From Myxococcota bacterium (GTDB lineage: Bacteria; Myxococcota_A; UBA796; CAJQPC01), in the NCBI GenBank assembly GCA_036012755.1, contig DASCPX010000198.1:29349-93348 (forward strand): a DNA stretch of 64,000 nt, given 5' to 3'. How positions within the stretch are numbered: the stretch's first letter is position 1; each line of letters begins with the position of its first letter. The translations under genes and the position numbers were made by a program. The notes beneath the pieces are model-generated. The model did not search any database and had not been told where the DNA came from. It saw only the letters and a list, made by a program, of their open reading frames with translations. Positions 19,268-28,192 of the stretch are shown here, piece by piece.

Positions 19268-20271
19268 GACAGGGCCTCCAGGATGCGCTCCACGTCCTCG
19301 TCCGAGAGGTCCTCGTGGACCGGGACGCTCAGGGCCCGGGCGCAGTGGCGCGCGGCGTTCGGACAAGCGCTGGGGCCCCCGCCCAGGGCGGGCTGTGAGT
19401 CCATCGGGCGGGGGTAGAACACGGCCGAGTCGATGCCGAGGGCGTCCAGCCTCCGCACGAGCTCCTCGCGCTCGTCGGTGACCAACACGTACTGGTGGAC
19501 AGCGTCCCCTGGTGTCCTGGCGAGGCCCTCGCAGACCTCGTCGTAGCGGTCGGCGATTGCGCGGCGCCTGCTCACTGCGTCGTCGAGGACCTCGAGCTGG
19601 GCGAGCACCACGGCTGCCTGCACGGCGTCGAGGCGGCTGGTCGTGCCGATCTCGAGGTGGACGTCGCGACCGCTCTGGCCGTGGGATCCGAGCCGACGGA
19701 TGCGTCGGGCCAGCTCGAGGTCGTCGGTCAGCACCAGGCCGCCATCTCCGGCCGCCCCGAGGGTCTTGGTGGGGTACAGCGACAGGGCCGCGGCGACACC
19801 AGGCGGTCGTCCGTGGCCCCAGCCCGCGCACTGGGCGGCGTCGCTGATGGCGAGCAGATCCGGGGGCGCCTCGCAGCGCATGCCGAAGAGGTGGACGAGC
19901 ACGACCGCGTCGACATCCGCGGGGATGAGCTCGGGGTCCATCAGCGGCGACTCCGGGAGGACGTCCACGAAGACCGGCTCGGCCCCGGCGAGCAGGACGG
20001 CCTCTGTCGTCGCGAAGAAGGACAGGGCGGGCACGGCGACCCGTCGGCCTGTCATGGACAGCGCCCTCAGGATCAGCCACAGGGCTTCGGTCCCCGAGCC
20101 GACCCCCACGCCGTGCGCCATGTGGAAGGAGCTCGCGACGGCTGCCTCGCACTGCGCGACCATCGGGCCACCGACGTAGCGCCCGGAGCGAAGGACCTCG
20201 ACCACGCGGCTCTCGACGTTGGCCGCCAGCCGAGCATGCCGGGCGGCTGGATCGGCGAGCCGGATGCGCAC
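19264..20271 (-). CDS. DegT/DnrJ/EryC1/StrS PLP-dependent sugar aminotransferase
   Basis: GVGSGTEAL, GAEPVFVDV, VHLFG, DAAQ, SLYPTKTLGAAGDGG, SRLDAVQAA. Confidence 0.92.
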   Translation of the reverse strand: MRIRLADPAARHARLAANVESRVVEVLRSGRYVGGPMVAQCEAAVASSFHMAHGVGVGSGTEALWLILRALSMTGRRVAVPALSFFATTEAVLLAGAEPVFVDVLPESPLMDPELIPADVDAVVLVHLFGMRCEAPPDLLAISDAAQCAGWGHGRPPGVAAALSLYPTKTLGAAGDGGLVLTDDLELARRIRRLGSHGQSGRDVHLEIGTTSRLDAVQAAVVLAQLEVLDDAVSRRRAIADRYDEVCEGLARTPGDAVHQYVLVTDEREELVRRLDALGIDSAVFYPRPMDSQPALGGGPSACPNAARHCARALSVPVHEDLSDEDVERILEALS

Positions 20272-20273
20272 GC

Positions 20274-21041
20274 CTACTTGAAGTCCCGCTTCTCGAAGAT
20301 CCAGCAGGCCACTGCCAGCACCGCTGCGGTGTAGCCCAGGCCGTAGAGCGTGCTCCACAGCAGGCGCTCGCCGCCGATGGGGATGCCGTGCATGGCCGAG
20401 TCGAAGGCGTTGAAGACCTCGAAGTTAGGCAGCACCCAGTAGATGACGCGGGACATCTCCTGGGCCATCTCCGACTTCGCCTGGCTTCCGAAGGTCCAGA
20501 TGTCGTCCGCGGCGTGGCCGATGACCAGGATCCCGATCGAGAAGACGCTCGCCACGGTCGGGGAGGAGTAGGTCGAGAACAGGATCGCCCAGGCCGTCAG
20601 CAGCCCGAGCTCGACCATCAGGAGGAAGATCGCCGGCGCGATGCCGAAGCCGGGGAAGTCCTGCTGGACGGTCATGACCACGAAATAGAGGGCCACCATC
20701 AGGCCGATGAGCACGGCGATGACCGCCATCAGGCCCGCGTACTTGCCGAGGACGAAGATCCATCGCGGGATCGGCTTGCTGGCGATGGTGTAGATCGTCT
20801 TCTTCTCGAGCTCTTTGTAGACGAGCCCGATGCCCAGGAACAGCGCGACCACCGAGCCGAAGACGCGGATGGCGCCCAGCGCCACGCTCCGGACCACGTG
20901 GTCGCCGTCACCGATGGTGACCTGCTCCATCGCGGCAGACGTCAGCAGCATCAAGGCCGCGAAGAAGAGGAACGAGAACAGGATCCGGTCTCGCATCGTC
21001 TCGCGGAAGGTGTTGCCCGCGATGGCCAACAGCCGCCTCAT
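20274..21041 (-). CDS. pilI: ABC transporter permease, PilI-like
   Basis: IAGNTFRETMRDRI, KELEKKTIYTIASKPIPR...GKY, FEKRDF. Lies between the ATPase and pilD. Confidence 0.8.
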   Translation of the reverse strand: MRRLLAIAGNTFRETMRDRILFSFLFFAALMLLTSAAMEQVTIGDGDHVVRSVALGAIRVFGSVVALFLGIGLVYKELEKKTIYTIASKPIPRWIFVLGKYAGLMAVIAVLIGLMVALYFVVMTVQQDFPGFGIAPAIFLLMVELGLLTAWAILFSTYSSPTVASVFSIGILVIGHAADDIWTFGSQAKSEMAQEMSRVIYWVLPNFEVFNAFDSAMHGIPIGGERLLWSTLYGLGYTAAVLAVACWIFEKRDFK

Positions 21042-21988
21042 GCCAGCACCCCCATGTGCTTGGCGTCGACCTTCTCCGCGCGCTCGGCCTCTTCGAGCAG
21101 CAGATCCTCGAGGTGCATGCGCATCCGGTCGACGCTGCGGATGCGCCCTCCGGCGGCTCGGATGCGATCGAGGGCCTCGTCCACCTCTTCGGGACCGACG
21201 CGCAGCAGGACGAGCTCGCCGTCCTTCCGGATGGTCTTGCCAGGGAGTTCCTCGCCACAGTCGCCGGCCAAGGTGATGTCGACGTGTCGCACCCGGTCGC
21301 CGACGAGCTCGTCGACGGTGCCGCAGCCGCGGAGCTTGCCCTTGACCACGATGGCGATGCGATCGCAGATGACCTCGACGTCGGCGAGGATGTGACTCGA
21401 GAAGAACACGGTGCGGCCGTTGTCACGCTCCTCTAGGATGAGGTCGCGGATCAGCGCCCGACCCATGGGATCGAGGCCGCTCATCGGCTCGTCCATGACG
21501 ACCAGCTCGGGCTCGTTGATCAGCGCCTGGGCTACGCCGGCCCGCTGCAGCATGCCCTTGCTGTAGGACCCGAGCTTCACGTCGGCGAAGCGCGCCAGGC
21601 CGACACGCTCGAGCAGGGCGCCGATCCGGCGCTCCAGCTCAGGGCCGCGGAGGTCGAAGAGCTTGCCGTAGAAGCGAAGGAACTCTGTCGCCGTCAGGTA
21701 CTGGTAGAAGTACGGCCGCTCGGGCAGGAAGCCGACCTTTCGCCGGCACTCGGGATCCCGATGGTCCCGGCCCAGCACCGTGGCCGTGCCCTCGGTGGCG
21801 CCCTGCAGACCCATGAGGATCTTGATCGCGGTCGTCTTTCCGGCTCCGTTCGGGCCGATGAAGCCGAAGCTCTCTCCGGGCTCGACGTCGAGGTCGAGGC
21901 CCTCGAGGCCTACATAGGGGATGCGGAAGAACCCGCTCCTGTAGACCTTGCGAAGGCCCCGTGTCTGGATTGCACGGGTCTCACTCAT
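21038..21988 (-). CDS. pilH: ABC transporter ATP-binding protein, PilH-like
   Basis: GPNGAGKTT, GFLPERPYFY, YSKGMLQR, MDEPMSGLDP, FFSSHIL. Confidence 0.85.
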   Translation of the reverse strand: MSETRAIQTRGLRKVYRSGFFRIPYVGLEGLDLDVEPGESFGFIGPNGAGKTTAIKILMGLQGATEGTATVLGRDHRDPECRRKVGFLPERPYFYQYLTATEFLRFYGKLFDLRGPELERRIGALLERVGLARFADVKLGSYSKGMLQRAGVAQALINEPELVVMDEPMSGLDPMGRALIRDLILEERDNGRTVFFSSHILADVEVICDRIAIVVKGKLRGCGTVDELVGDRVRHVDITLAGDCGEELPGKTIRKDGELVLLRVGPEEVDEALDRIRAAGGRIRSVDRMRMHLEDLLLEEAERAEKVDAKHMGVLA

Positions 21989-21995
21989 TCTGCAT

Positions 21996-22319
21996 CTACC
22001 GCTTCTTACGCTCCAGCCAACGGCGTTTCAGGCCACTGTCGCGGATCATATCCAACCAGCGCTCCACCGTTGAGTCGGGAGCTGCGCCGGCGCTGCGCCA
22101 GTTGCAGCGGGTGCAGAGGGGGCCGCTGTCCGAGAAGCGACCTTCTACCTGGGCTCTGCGCCAGGTTTGCATCGTCTCTCCGTTCCAGAGTTCGGACAGG
22201 GGCGTATCGCGCAGGTTGCCGATCTTGTTCTCGAGGTGCTCGTCGAGGCAGCACACCGTGACATCCCCGGTCACATGAACCATCGGCGTGGCCCAGAGCC
22301 CGGCGCAGGGTGGCCTCAA
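21996..22319 (-). CDS. Stand-alone SPASM/twitch Fe-S domain protein
   Basis: PCAGLW...GDVTVCC...IGNLRDTPLSELWNG...CTRC. TTG start overlaps the upstream TGA. Confidence 0.8.
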   Translation of the reverse strand: MRPPCAGLWATPMVHVTGDVTVCCLDEHLENKIGNLRDTPLSELWNGETMQTWRRAQVEGRFSDSGPLCTRCNWRSAGAAPDSTVERWLDMIRDSGLKRRWLERKKR

Positions 22320-22789
22320 CCCTTGCGCCCGGCGACCTTGTAGGGGGCCGACTCGTGCTCGTCCCAGTCGCTGATGTACACGAGGAACATGTAGGAATCG
22401 GCCTTGTCGCAGTAGACCTCGTGGGTGGTCTCGCCGAAGCTCCCGGAGCAGTAGCCGGCGTCGTCGCAGGCCATCTTGTCATCGGCGATCCGAGCCCCCG
22501 AGTACTCGATCTCGAAGCGCCCGTTCCAGATGTTGTCGACGCCGTCGGGGTCGTCGACGCTGCACTCGATCTTCCACTGGTAGTTCTCGTCGCCGGTCTG
22601 GTGCAGGTAGCAGTAGGCGTCGCAGGTCTCGATGACCGGCGCCAGCGGATCGATCTCGTCCTGGGTGTCCTGGGTGTCGCCCGAGTCGTCGCTCTGGGAG
22701 TCGTCCGTCCCAGCGCTGTCGGATCGCGCGGAGTCGTTCGAGTCGGTGCCGGGGGCAGGTGTCACGCAGGCCAGGGCGAGCAGGAACAT
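22316..22789 (-). CDS. Hypothetical lipoprotein-like protein
   Basis: MFLLALAC, D/S/T-rich linker, Cys-containing domain. Confidence 0.75.
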   Translation of the reverse strand: MFLLALACVTPAPGTDSNDSARSDSAGTDDSQSDDSGDTQDTQDEIDPLAPVIETCDAYCYLHQTGDENYQWKIECSVDDPDGVDNIWNGRFEIEYSGARIADDKMACDDAGYCSGSFGETTHEVYCDKADSYMFLVYISDWDEHESAPYKVAGRKG

Positions 22790-22825
22790 GGTGCTCTCTT
22801 CGGTGCCGGGCCCAGTCTACCCGGG

Positions 22826-24112
22826 TCAGTTGCCGTCTGAGCTGCCCTTGCGCGCCTTTACTGCGTCTTGGACCTGCAGCGTGTAGACGAACTGGGCGCT
22901 GACCGTCTCTCCGTCTTCCTCGATCGGAGCGAAGCGCCAGCCCCAGGCTGCCTCCATCGTCGAGGGCAACAGGGCCTGCGGGCAGTCTTCTGGCCGCACG
23001 TCGTAGGGGGTCCCGAGGGGGTCGACGAAGAAGCGCACGGCGCAGGCGGCGTCGTCAGCCACGTCCGCGGGCCACGTCGGCGCCACGACCTCGGTGATCT
23101 CGAGCTCCGACCAGTGGACCTCAAGAGGGCCGACCGAGATCTCCTCTTCTGGCACGCTCTGTTCTGGCTCCGCTGCGTCGATGTCTTCTGTGTCCTCCAC
23201 GTCCTCCTCGGGTCCCTCGTCGTCGACGTCCCGCCGGAGCGCCTCCAAGAGCGCGTCGATGTCCGTGACGTCGGTGTCACCAATTCCCGGGACGGGCAGG
23301 CTGCGCTCGCGCTCCTTGTAGAAGCGTCCGGAGATGCGCGCGCCGGTGGCGTAGTAGGTCCGATCGACCCCGTCACGGCCGCCCTCGTCGAAGGGCTCCC
23401 ACTGGGTCAGGTGCTCGCCCCAGAGGCCCACGACCCATGCTTGCTTCTTGGTGAGCAGGGTCAGCCCGAGCTCGACCTCTCCCTTCACTTCCTGCCGGGT
23501 GGTGTGGTGGACATCGACCCGGTCCCGTCGCCGCCGGGCGTTGCCCTCGACCTCTGCGCGGGCCTGCAGCCCCACAGGTCCGGCCACCCGCGCCAGGATC
23601 TCTCCGCCGAGACCGGTGCCGAGGCTCATGTAGTAGCGGAGCTTGTCCGTGCCCATGTCGGACTTCGACATGCCGATCACCGTCGCGTTGATCGGCGAGT
23701 AGACCCGCCACTGCATGCGGCCGGTGTCCCCGAAGCGCCAGACCTCGTCCCAGGTGCCGGCGAGGAGCCCGATGTCGAGGTCGTCGCCCAGATCGGGCCG
23801 GATGCGGAAGTTGAAGGGGAGGCTCTCGAGCTGGAACTGGTCCAGGACGATCTCGCCGTCTTCGTCGCGGTACATGCGCAGGCGCATGCCCTGGCCGGTG
23901 GGGGTGGTGTCATCGTCGAAGAGGCTGTCTTCGCTGTCGAAGACCCGACGCGTCATGAGCTCGAGGCCTTGGGGCCCTGCGCTCGGGAGGCCGTCGACCA
24001 GCTGGGGGCCGTCAGCGCCCTCGAAGGTGTAGGGGCCGACACCGAGCTCGCGGTGGTCGGCGGTCGGGAAGAGCGTGAGGCTCAGGGCTGCTGCGGCGGT
24101 CGTCGGGTCCAT
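22826..24112 (-). CDS. Hypothetical protein with acidic linker and C-terminal TonB-like domain
   Basis: C-terminal PTWP...CAVRFFVDPLGTPYDV...AAWGWRFAP...VSAQF resembles TonB_C. RBS ggag before ATG 24112. Confidence 0.65.
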   Translation of the reverse strand: MDPTTAAAALSLTLFPTADHRELGVGPYTFEGADGPQLVDGLPSAGPQGLELMTRRVFDSEDSLFDDDTTPTGQGMRLRMYRDEDGEIVLDQFQLESLPFNFRIRPDLGDDLDIGLLAGTWDEVWRFGDTGRMQWRVYSPINATVIGMSKSDMGTDKLRYYMSLGTGLGGEILARVAGPVGLQARAEVEGNARRRRDRVDVHHTTRQEVKGEVELGLTLLTKKQAWVVGLWGEHLTQWEPFDEGGRDGVDRTYYATGARISGRFYKERERSLPVPGIGDTDVTDIDALLEALRRDVDDEGPEEDVEDTEDIDAAEPEQSVPEEEISVGPLEVHWSELEITEVVAPTWPADVADDAACAVRFFVDPLGTPYDVRPEDCPQALLPSTMEAAWGWRFAPIEEDGETVSAQFVYTLQVQDAVKARKGSSDGN

Positions 24113-24113
24113 G

Positions 24114-24758
24114 TCACTCCGTCTCGTCCGGGGTGGCCTGGGTTGCACCAAGGCCAGCTTCGATCACGGGGAAGATGCTCTTGTCGTAGCTGACGCCGCA
24201 GCGCGACGCCTTGAAGGTTCCGCTGACGTCGAGTGACTCCAGGCCGAAGCTGCCGTGGAATCGCTCGCCGTCCCTGTCAATCTGCACATCACCATCGGGT
24301 ACGTCCACCTCGGCTTCGTATTCGACAGGTTCGTAGCTCCGGATCAGACCGTGCTCCTGCGCGACCCGTGCCTCGAGCATCGCCCACCACGAGGCCTCGG
24401 CCGCGAAGGGGTCCCTGTCGTCGAGGATCGTGTTCACCGGCTCGGATGACAGCGGGAAGGTCCCCTCCCAGGAGTCCTGGCGGAAGCGGTAGAGGTGGAG
24501 GAAGGCGATGCGGCTGCCCTCTCGGTACAGCATCAGCGCCAGCTCCTGAGCCGTCTCCTCCTGGCTGGCGGAGTCGAGCGAGTCGATGTCCGACAGATCG
24601 AAGGGGGAGGCGCAGGTCGACAGCTCGCTGTTCGAGATCAACAGGAAGAGCTCGTCGCGCTCGCTTCCTTTCTGCTGCAGGGCCCAGGCGGTCATCACAG
24701 GTGCGGACCCCTCCGGCCAGGAGAGGTTCCCGGCGGCACAGCCAAGGAGGAACAACAC
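24114..24758 (-). CDS. Hypothetical lipoprotein-like protein
   Basis: GTG start overlapping the upstream TAG gives MLFLLGC. Coding-like codon usage. Confidence 0.7.
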   Translation of the reverse strand: MLFLLGCAAGNLSWPEGSAPVMTAWALQQKGSERDELFLLISNSELSTCASPFDLSDIDSLDSASQEETAQELALMLYREGSRIAFLHLYRFRQDSWEGTFPLSSEPVNTILDDRDPFAAEASWWAMLEARVAQEHGLIRSYEPVEYEAEVDVPDGDVQIDRDGERFHGSFGLESLDVSGTFKASRCGVSYDKSIFPVIEAGLGATQATPDETE

Positions 24759-25522
24759 TAGAAGCTGCCCGCGGCGCGGAGGCGATCCCCGCCACCGGGT
24801 GGGGCCACGCCCAGCTCCCGGCAGACCCGCGCGTGGAGGGCGTCCGCGGCATCCTGGTCGGCGCAGTTGAGCGGTCGGAGGTAGATGGCGTCCATGTCCT
24901 CTGAGGGCCAGTCCCAGCAGACGGCGCATGGGCGGCCCAACTCCTCGAGGAGTCCCTTCCAGTGTGCCAGGAAGTCCCCGGCTTCGTGCTCGTTTCCGGG
25001 TTGGACCACGTAGGCCAGGTGGGCGTACGGACGCTGCGCCCCGAGCTCGGCCCGGACGCGCAGGAAGCGCTCGATGTTGTCGAAGACCTGCTGGCGTCGG
25101 TCGGCGCCCTTCAGCTCGAGGTAGGCCTCTGGGCTGAAGCTGTCGATCGAGAAGTGGATGCTGCGAAAGCAGCGCTCGTCCCTCTCGGGGGCGTTGGCCA
25201 GCCGGACGAGCAGCCGCGCTCGCCGTTCGCCGAAGACGACCCCGTTGGTGTGGAGCTTGAACTCGCGGAACAGGCCGTCGTTGACGGAGAAGGCGTACTC
25301 GATGAAGCGATCGAACTCCGGGTGGATGGTCGGCTCTCCGAGCCAGTGCGGGCAGAGGTGGACCTCTTCCTCGAAGTCGCGGAGCCCCTCGAGCATCGCC
25401 TTCCAGGTCTCCCAGGTCATGAAGCGATGGGGTGCCCCGTGGGCCTCGTCGCGCAAGGACTGGCTGCACATCCTGCAGCTGATGTTGCAGTGGTCGGTGA
25501 GCTCGAGGTTGACGTTGACCAT
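24758..25522 (-). CDS. Radical SAM protein lacking SPASM domain
   Basis: LELTDHCNISCRMC, HWLGEPTIHP, LHTNG, FSIDS. Ends with no auxiliary-cluster cysteines. Confidence 0.88.
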   Translation of the reverse strand: MVNVNLELTDHCNISCRMCSQSLRDEAHGAPHRFMTWETWKAMLEGLRDFEEEVHLCPHWLGEPTIHPEFDRFIEYAFSVNDGLFREFKLHTNGVVFGERRARLLVRLANAPERDERCFRSIHFSIDSFSPEAYLELKGADRRQQVFDNIERFLRVRAELGAQRPYAHLAYVVQPGNEHEAGDFLAHWKGLLEELGRPCAVCWDWPSEDMDAIYLRPLNCADQDAADALHARVCRELGVAPPGGGDRLRAAGSF

Positions 25523-25524
25523 GG

Positions 25525-26583
25525 TTAGAGGTGGCTCCGGATGTTTCGCTCGTGCTCCAGGATGTTGGGACTGCACTCCCGGCAACGTTGCAGCGGTCGG
25601 CCTGACTCCATCGCGCCGCGGACCTTGTTCAGGAAGGCCCCGTCGCGCCAGATCTCCGCCAGCGGCTTGTCGGCGACGGACTCGCCCTGACCGGCAAGCA
25701 CACAGCACGGGCTCGTGCGGCCGTCCGCCTGCACGACGAGGTAGTGCCAGGCTTTCAAGCACATGGCCTCTCGGAGCCCCCCCTTGCTTTCCGGTGCCGC
25801 GTGCGTCCCTCGCTCCAGCTTCGATGCCTCCAGGTAGTTCTCCAGGGTCGTGGCGACGCCCAGCTTCCGGGCCTCTGCGAGGGCGGCCCGCGCGATCCCG
25901 GGGACCTCCTCCATCTGCTCTGGCGAGAGCTTCAGGGCGAGCTGCTCCGGGCGGTAGGCGACCAGCGCGTCGAAGTCGACGCGGAAGCAGCCCAGGGCGT
26001 GAGCGAGTCGGACCACCTCCGTGAGCGTCCGGTGGTTCTGGTTGGTGATGACGAAGTGCAGGGCCAGGCGAGGGCTCGACTGTCCCCGCCGTCGCTTGGC
26101 GACGTTGAGGCGACAGAGATTGGTGATGGTCTTGTCGAAGGCCCCGTCCTTGCCCCGCAGGCGGTCGTGGATCTCTGCGCTCGGACCGTCGATCGACACG
26201 TGGAGCTCGTCCCACTCGTCGTCGAGGAGCTGGCTGCGGAGGCTCTTCGGCAGGATGGTGCCGTTGGTCGTGAGGATGCCCTCCATGCCGAGCTCCTTCA
26301 CCCTGTGGAGGATCGGGGGCGTGAGGTCGCGCGCCACCAGCGGCTCTCCGCCGCCGAGCACGAAGACCCGCTCCACGCCCAGCTCCCTGGCCTCGTCGAG
26401 GATCTCCAGGTGTCGCTGAAGGGGAAGCTCGTTCTGCCTGCCTTGGTGTCGATCGGTGGTGTCGCAGAAGACGCAGTCGAGGTTGCACTTCAGCGTCGGG
26501 TACAGCTCCAGGGTGACGGGGCCCTGGGGCCCCTCCTCCTCCCAGCGCCGGATGCGCGCGGCGATGGCGGCGGGTTCGCCCAC
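25525..26583 (-). CDS. Radical SAM/SPASM (twitch) protein
   Basis: CNLDCVFC, GGGEP, TTNG, SIDG. C-terminal MCLKAW...SPCC...CREC. Confidence 0.92.
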   Translation of the reverse strand: MGEPAAIAARIRRWEEEGPQGPVTLELYPTLKCNLDCVFCDTTDRHQGRQNELPLQRHLEILDEARELGVERVFVLGGGEPLVARDLTPPILHRVKELGMEGILTTNGTILPKSLRSQLLDDEWDELHVSIDGPSAEIHDRLRGKDGAFDKTITNLCRLNVAKRRRGQSSPRLALHFVITNQNHRTLTEVVRLAHALGCFRVDFDALVAYRPEQLALKLSPEQMEEVPGIARAALAEARKLGVATTLENYLEASKLERGTHAAPESKGGLREAMCLKAWHYLVVQADGRTSPCCVLAGQGESVADKPLAEIWRDGAFLNKVRGAMESGRPLQRCRECSPNILEHERNIRSHL

Positions 26584-26636
26584 TCTTCACAGGGTATCAG
26601 CGCGGCCTATCGACCACTTCGATATGCTGCGCGGCG

Positions 26637-27062
26637 ATGTTCTTGTTGTTGTTCTTCTCCTGCACGCCGTCCAACCTCCCGGACTCTGCCGACACGGCGA
26701 TCTTCGACGAGTTCTGCAGTGTCTTCGCCGAGGCCGGGGACACCCGCCTCGAGGACGGCTCCGGCGACAGCACCTCCAGCGGCCAGATCCAGGGCCAGTT
26801 CGTCCAGGACGTGCTCGTGGACGCCCGCGACCCGCAGTTCGTGGCCTTCGTCGACTACCTGCTCGAGAACGTCGACGTCGGGGGACAGGCGACTCGCGGT
26901 CGCACGGACGCCGTCGGGCGCTTCACCGCCACCCTTGGCCAGGGCAACTGGCAGATCAAGACCAGCGGCCACCAGGGCAGCTACTACTGCGCCCAGGAGT
27001 CGACCTTCGCCGTCGTCGCGGGCAAGGTCACCCTGCTCTGCGTCGACATGAACTGCGAGTAG
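26637..27062 (+). CDS. Hypothetical lipoprotein-like protein (carboxypeptidase-regulatory-like beta fold)
   Basis: MFLLLFFSC and TDAVGRFTATLGQGNW motif. Confidence 0.7.
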   Translation: MFLLLFFSCTPSNLPDSADTAIFDEFCSVFAEAGDTRLEDGSGDSTSSGQIQGQFVQDVLVDARDPQFVAFVDYLLENVDVGGQATRGRTDAVGRFTATLGQGNWQIKTSGHQGSYYCAQESTFAVVAGKVTLLCVDMNCE

Positions 27063-27103
27063 GCGTCACGCAACGATCCGGTAGCGCGGGCTAGACTCTG
27101 GGC

Positions 27104-28192
27104 GTGCGGCCGCCTCATCTGCCGGGCTCCTACCTCGTGGTGGAGCTGACCAATCGCTGCTCCCTGGCCTGCGTGCACTGCTCGGTCAGCGAGGGCGCGG
27201 CCCATCCCCACCACGCCCAGAGCGGCTACATCGATACAGGGATGGTGCTCGGCTTGTTCGATGACCTCGTCGGACTCGGCGCTCGCTTCGACACGCTGAT
27301 CCTCTTCTGGCTCGGCGAGCCTCTCCTCCACGATGACTTCTCGACCATCTACCGGGCGGCTCTGCGCGCGGCGGCTCGGCATCGCACCTTCGGCAAGGTC
27401 GAGGTCCACACCAACGGCACCCACCTCTCGCTCGAGACGACCCGGGCGGTGCTGAACTCGGGGCCTGTCGTCCAGGTCTGGCACTTCTCCCTGGATGCAG
27501 CTCGCAGCGAGACCTACCTGCAGGTGAAGGGGCTGCAGCGCTTCGAGAAGGTGGAGAACAACATCGCGCGCTTCATCGAGTGGAAGGGGCGCATCGGTGC
27601 CCGCTGGCCACGCCCGGTCTTCCAGTTCATCGTCGGCTCCAACAACGCAGACGAGGTGCCCCTGTTCCGCCGGCGCTGGGAGGTCGCCTGCAAGCGAGCG
27701 GGCGAACCTGTTCGCGCCGTGGCCCAGGACGTCCCGCCGGGGGACGACGCCGTCGTCTTCTTCCGGCAGCTCGACTGTCCGACCCCGGAGCAGCAGGCAA
27801 GTGAGAACGCCGTGTTCCGAGCAGCCATGGAGCGCGAGGGCCTGCCTGTCCCACGAGGGGACAAGGCCCCCACCACGCTCTGTGCCGAGAACCACGCCCC
27901 CTGCTCGGGCTTCTGGAAGTCGCCGGTCATCAGCTGGCTCGGGGACGTCACGACCTGCACCCGCGACAACCTGCTCGAAAACCGGGTTGGATCGCTGCGC
28001 GAGGCGCGCTTCTCGGAGCTCTGGTGGGGAGGGCTCATGGCCGGGCGTCGCAAGCGCGTGGCTACGGGCGACTACTCGGGCATGCCCACCTGCGCGAGCT
28101 GCTTCATTCCGCGCTCGTCGAACTACACGGACCTGTCGGTGGAGGAGGTCGAGCGGCACGCGACCTTCGACGACCGGGTCGTCGCCAGGTGA
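27104..28192 (+). CDS. Radical SAM/SPASM protein
   Basis: VELTNRCSLACVHC, FWLGEPLLH, VHTNG, FSLDA. SPASM PCSGFW...GDVTTC...CASC. Confidence 0.92.
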   Translation: MRPPHLPGSYLVVELTNRCSLACVHCSVSEGAAHPHHAQSGYIDTGMVLGLFDDLVGLGARFDTLILFWLGEPLLHDDFSTIYRAALRAAARHRTFGKVEVHTNGTHLSLETTRAVLNSGPVVQVWHFSLDAARSETYLQVKGLQRFEKVENNIARFIEWKGRIGARWPRPVFQFIVGSNNADEVPLFRRRWEVACKRAGEPVRAVAQDVPPGDDAVVFFRQLDCPTPEQQASENAVFRAAMEREGLPVPRGDKAPTTLCAENHAPCSGFWKSPVISWLGDVTTCTRDNLLENRVGSLREARFSELWWGGLMAGRRKRVATGDYSGMPTCASCFIPRSSNYTDLSVEEVERHATFDDRVVAR

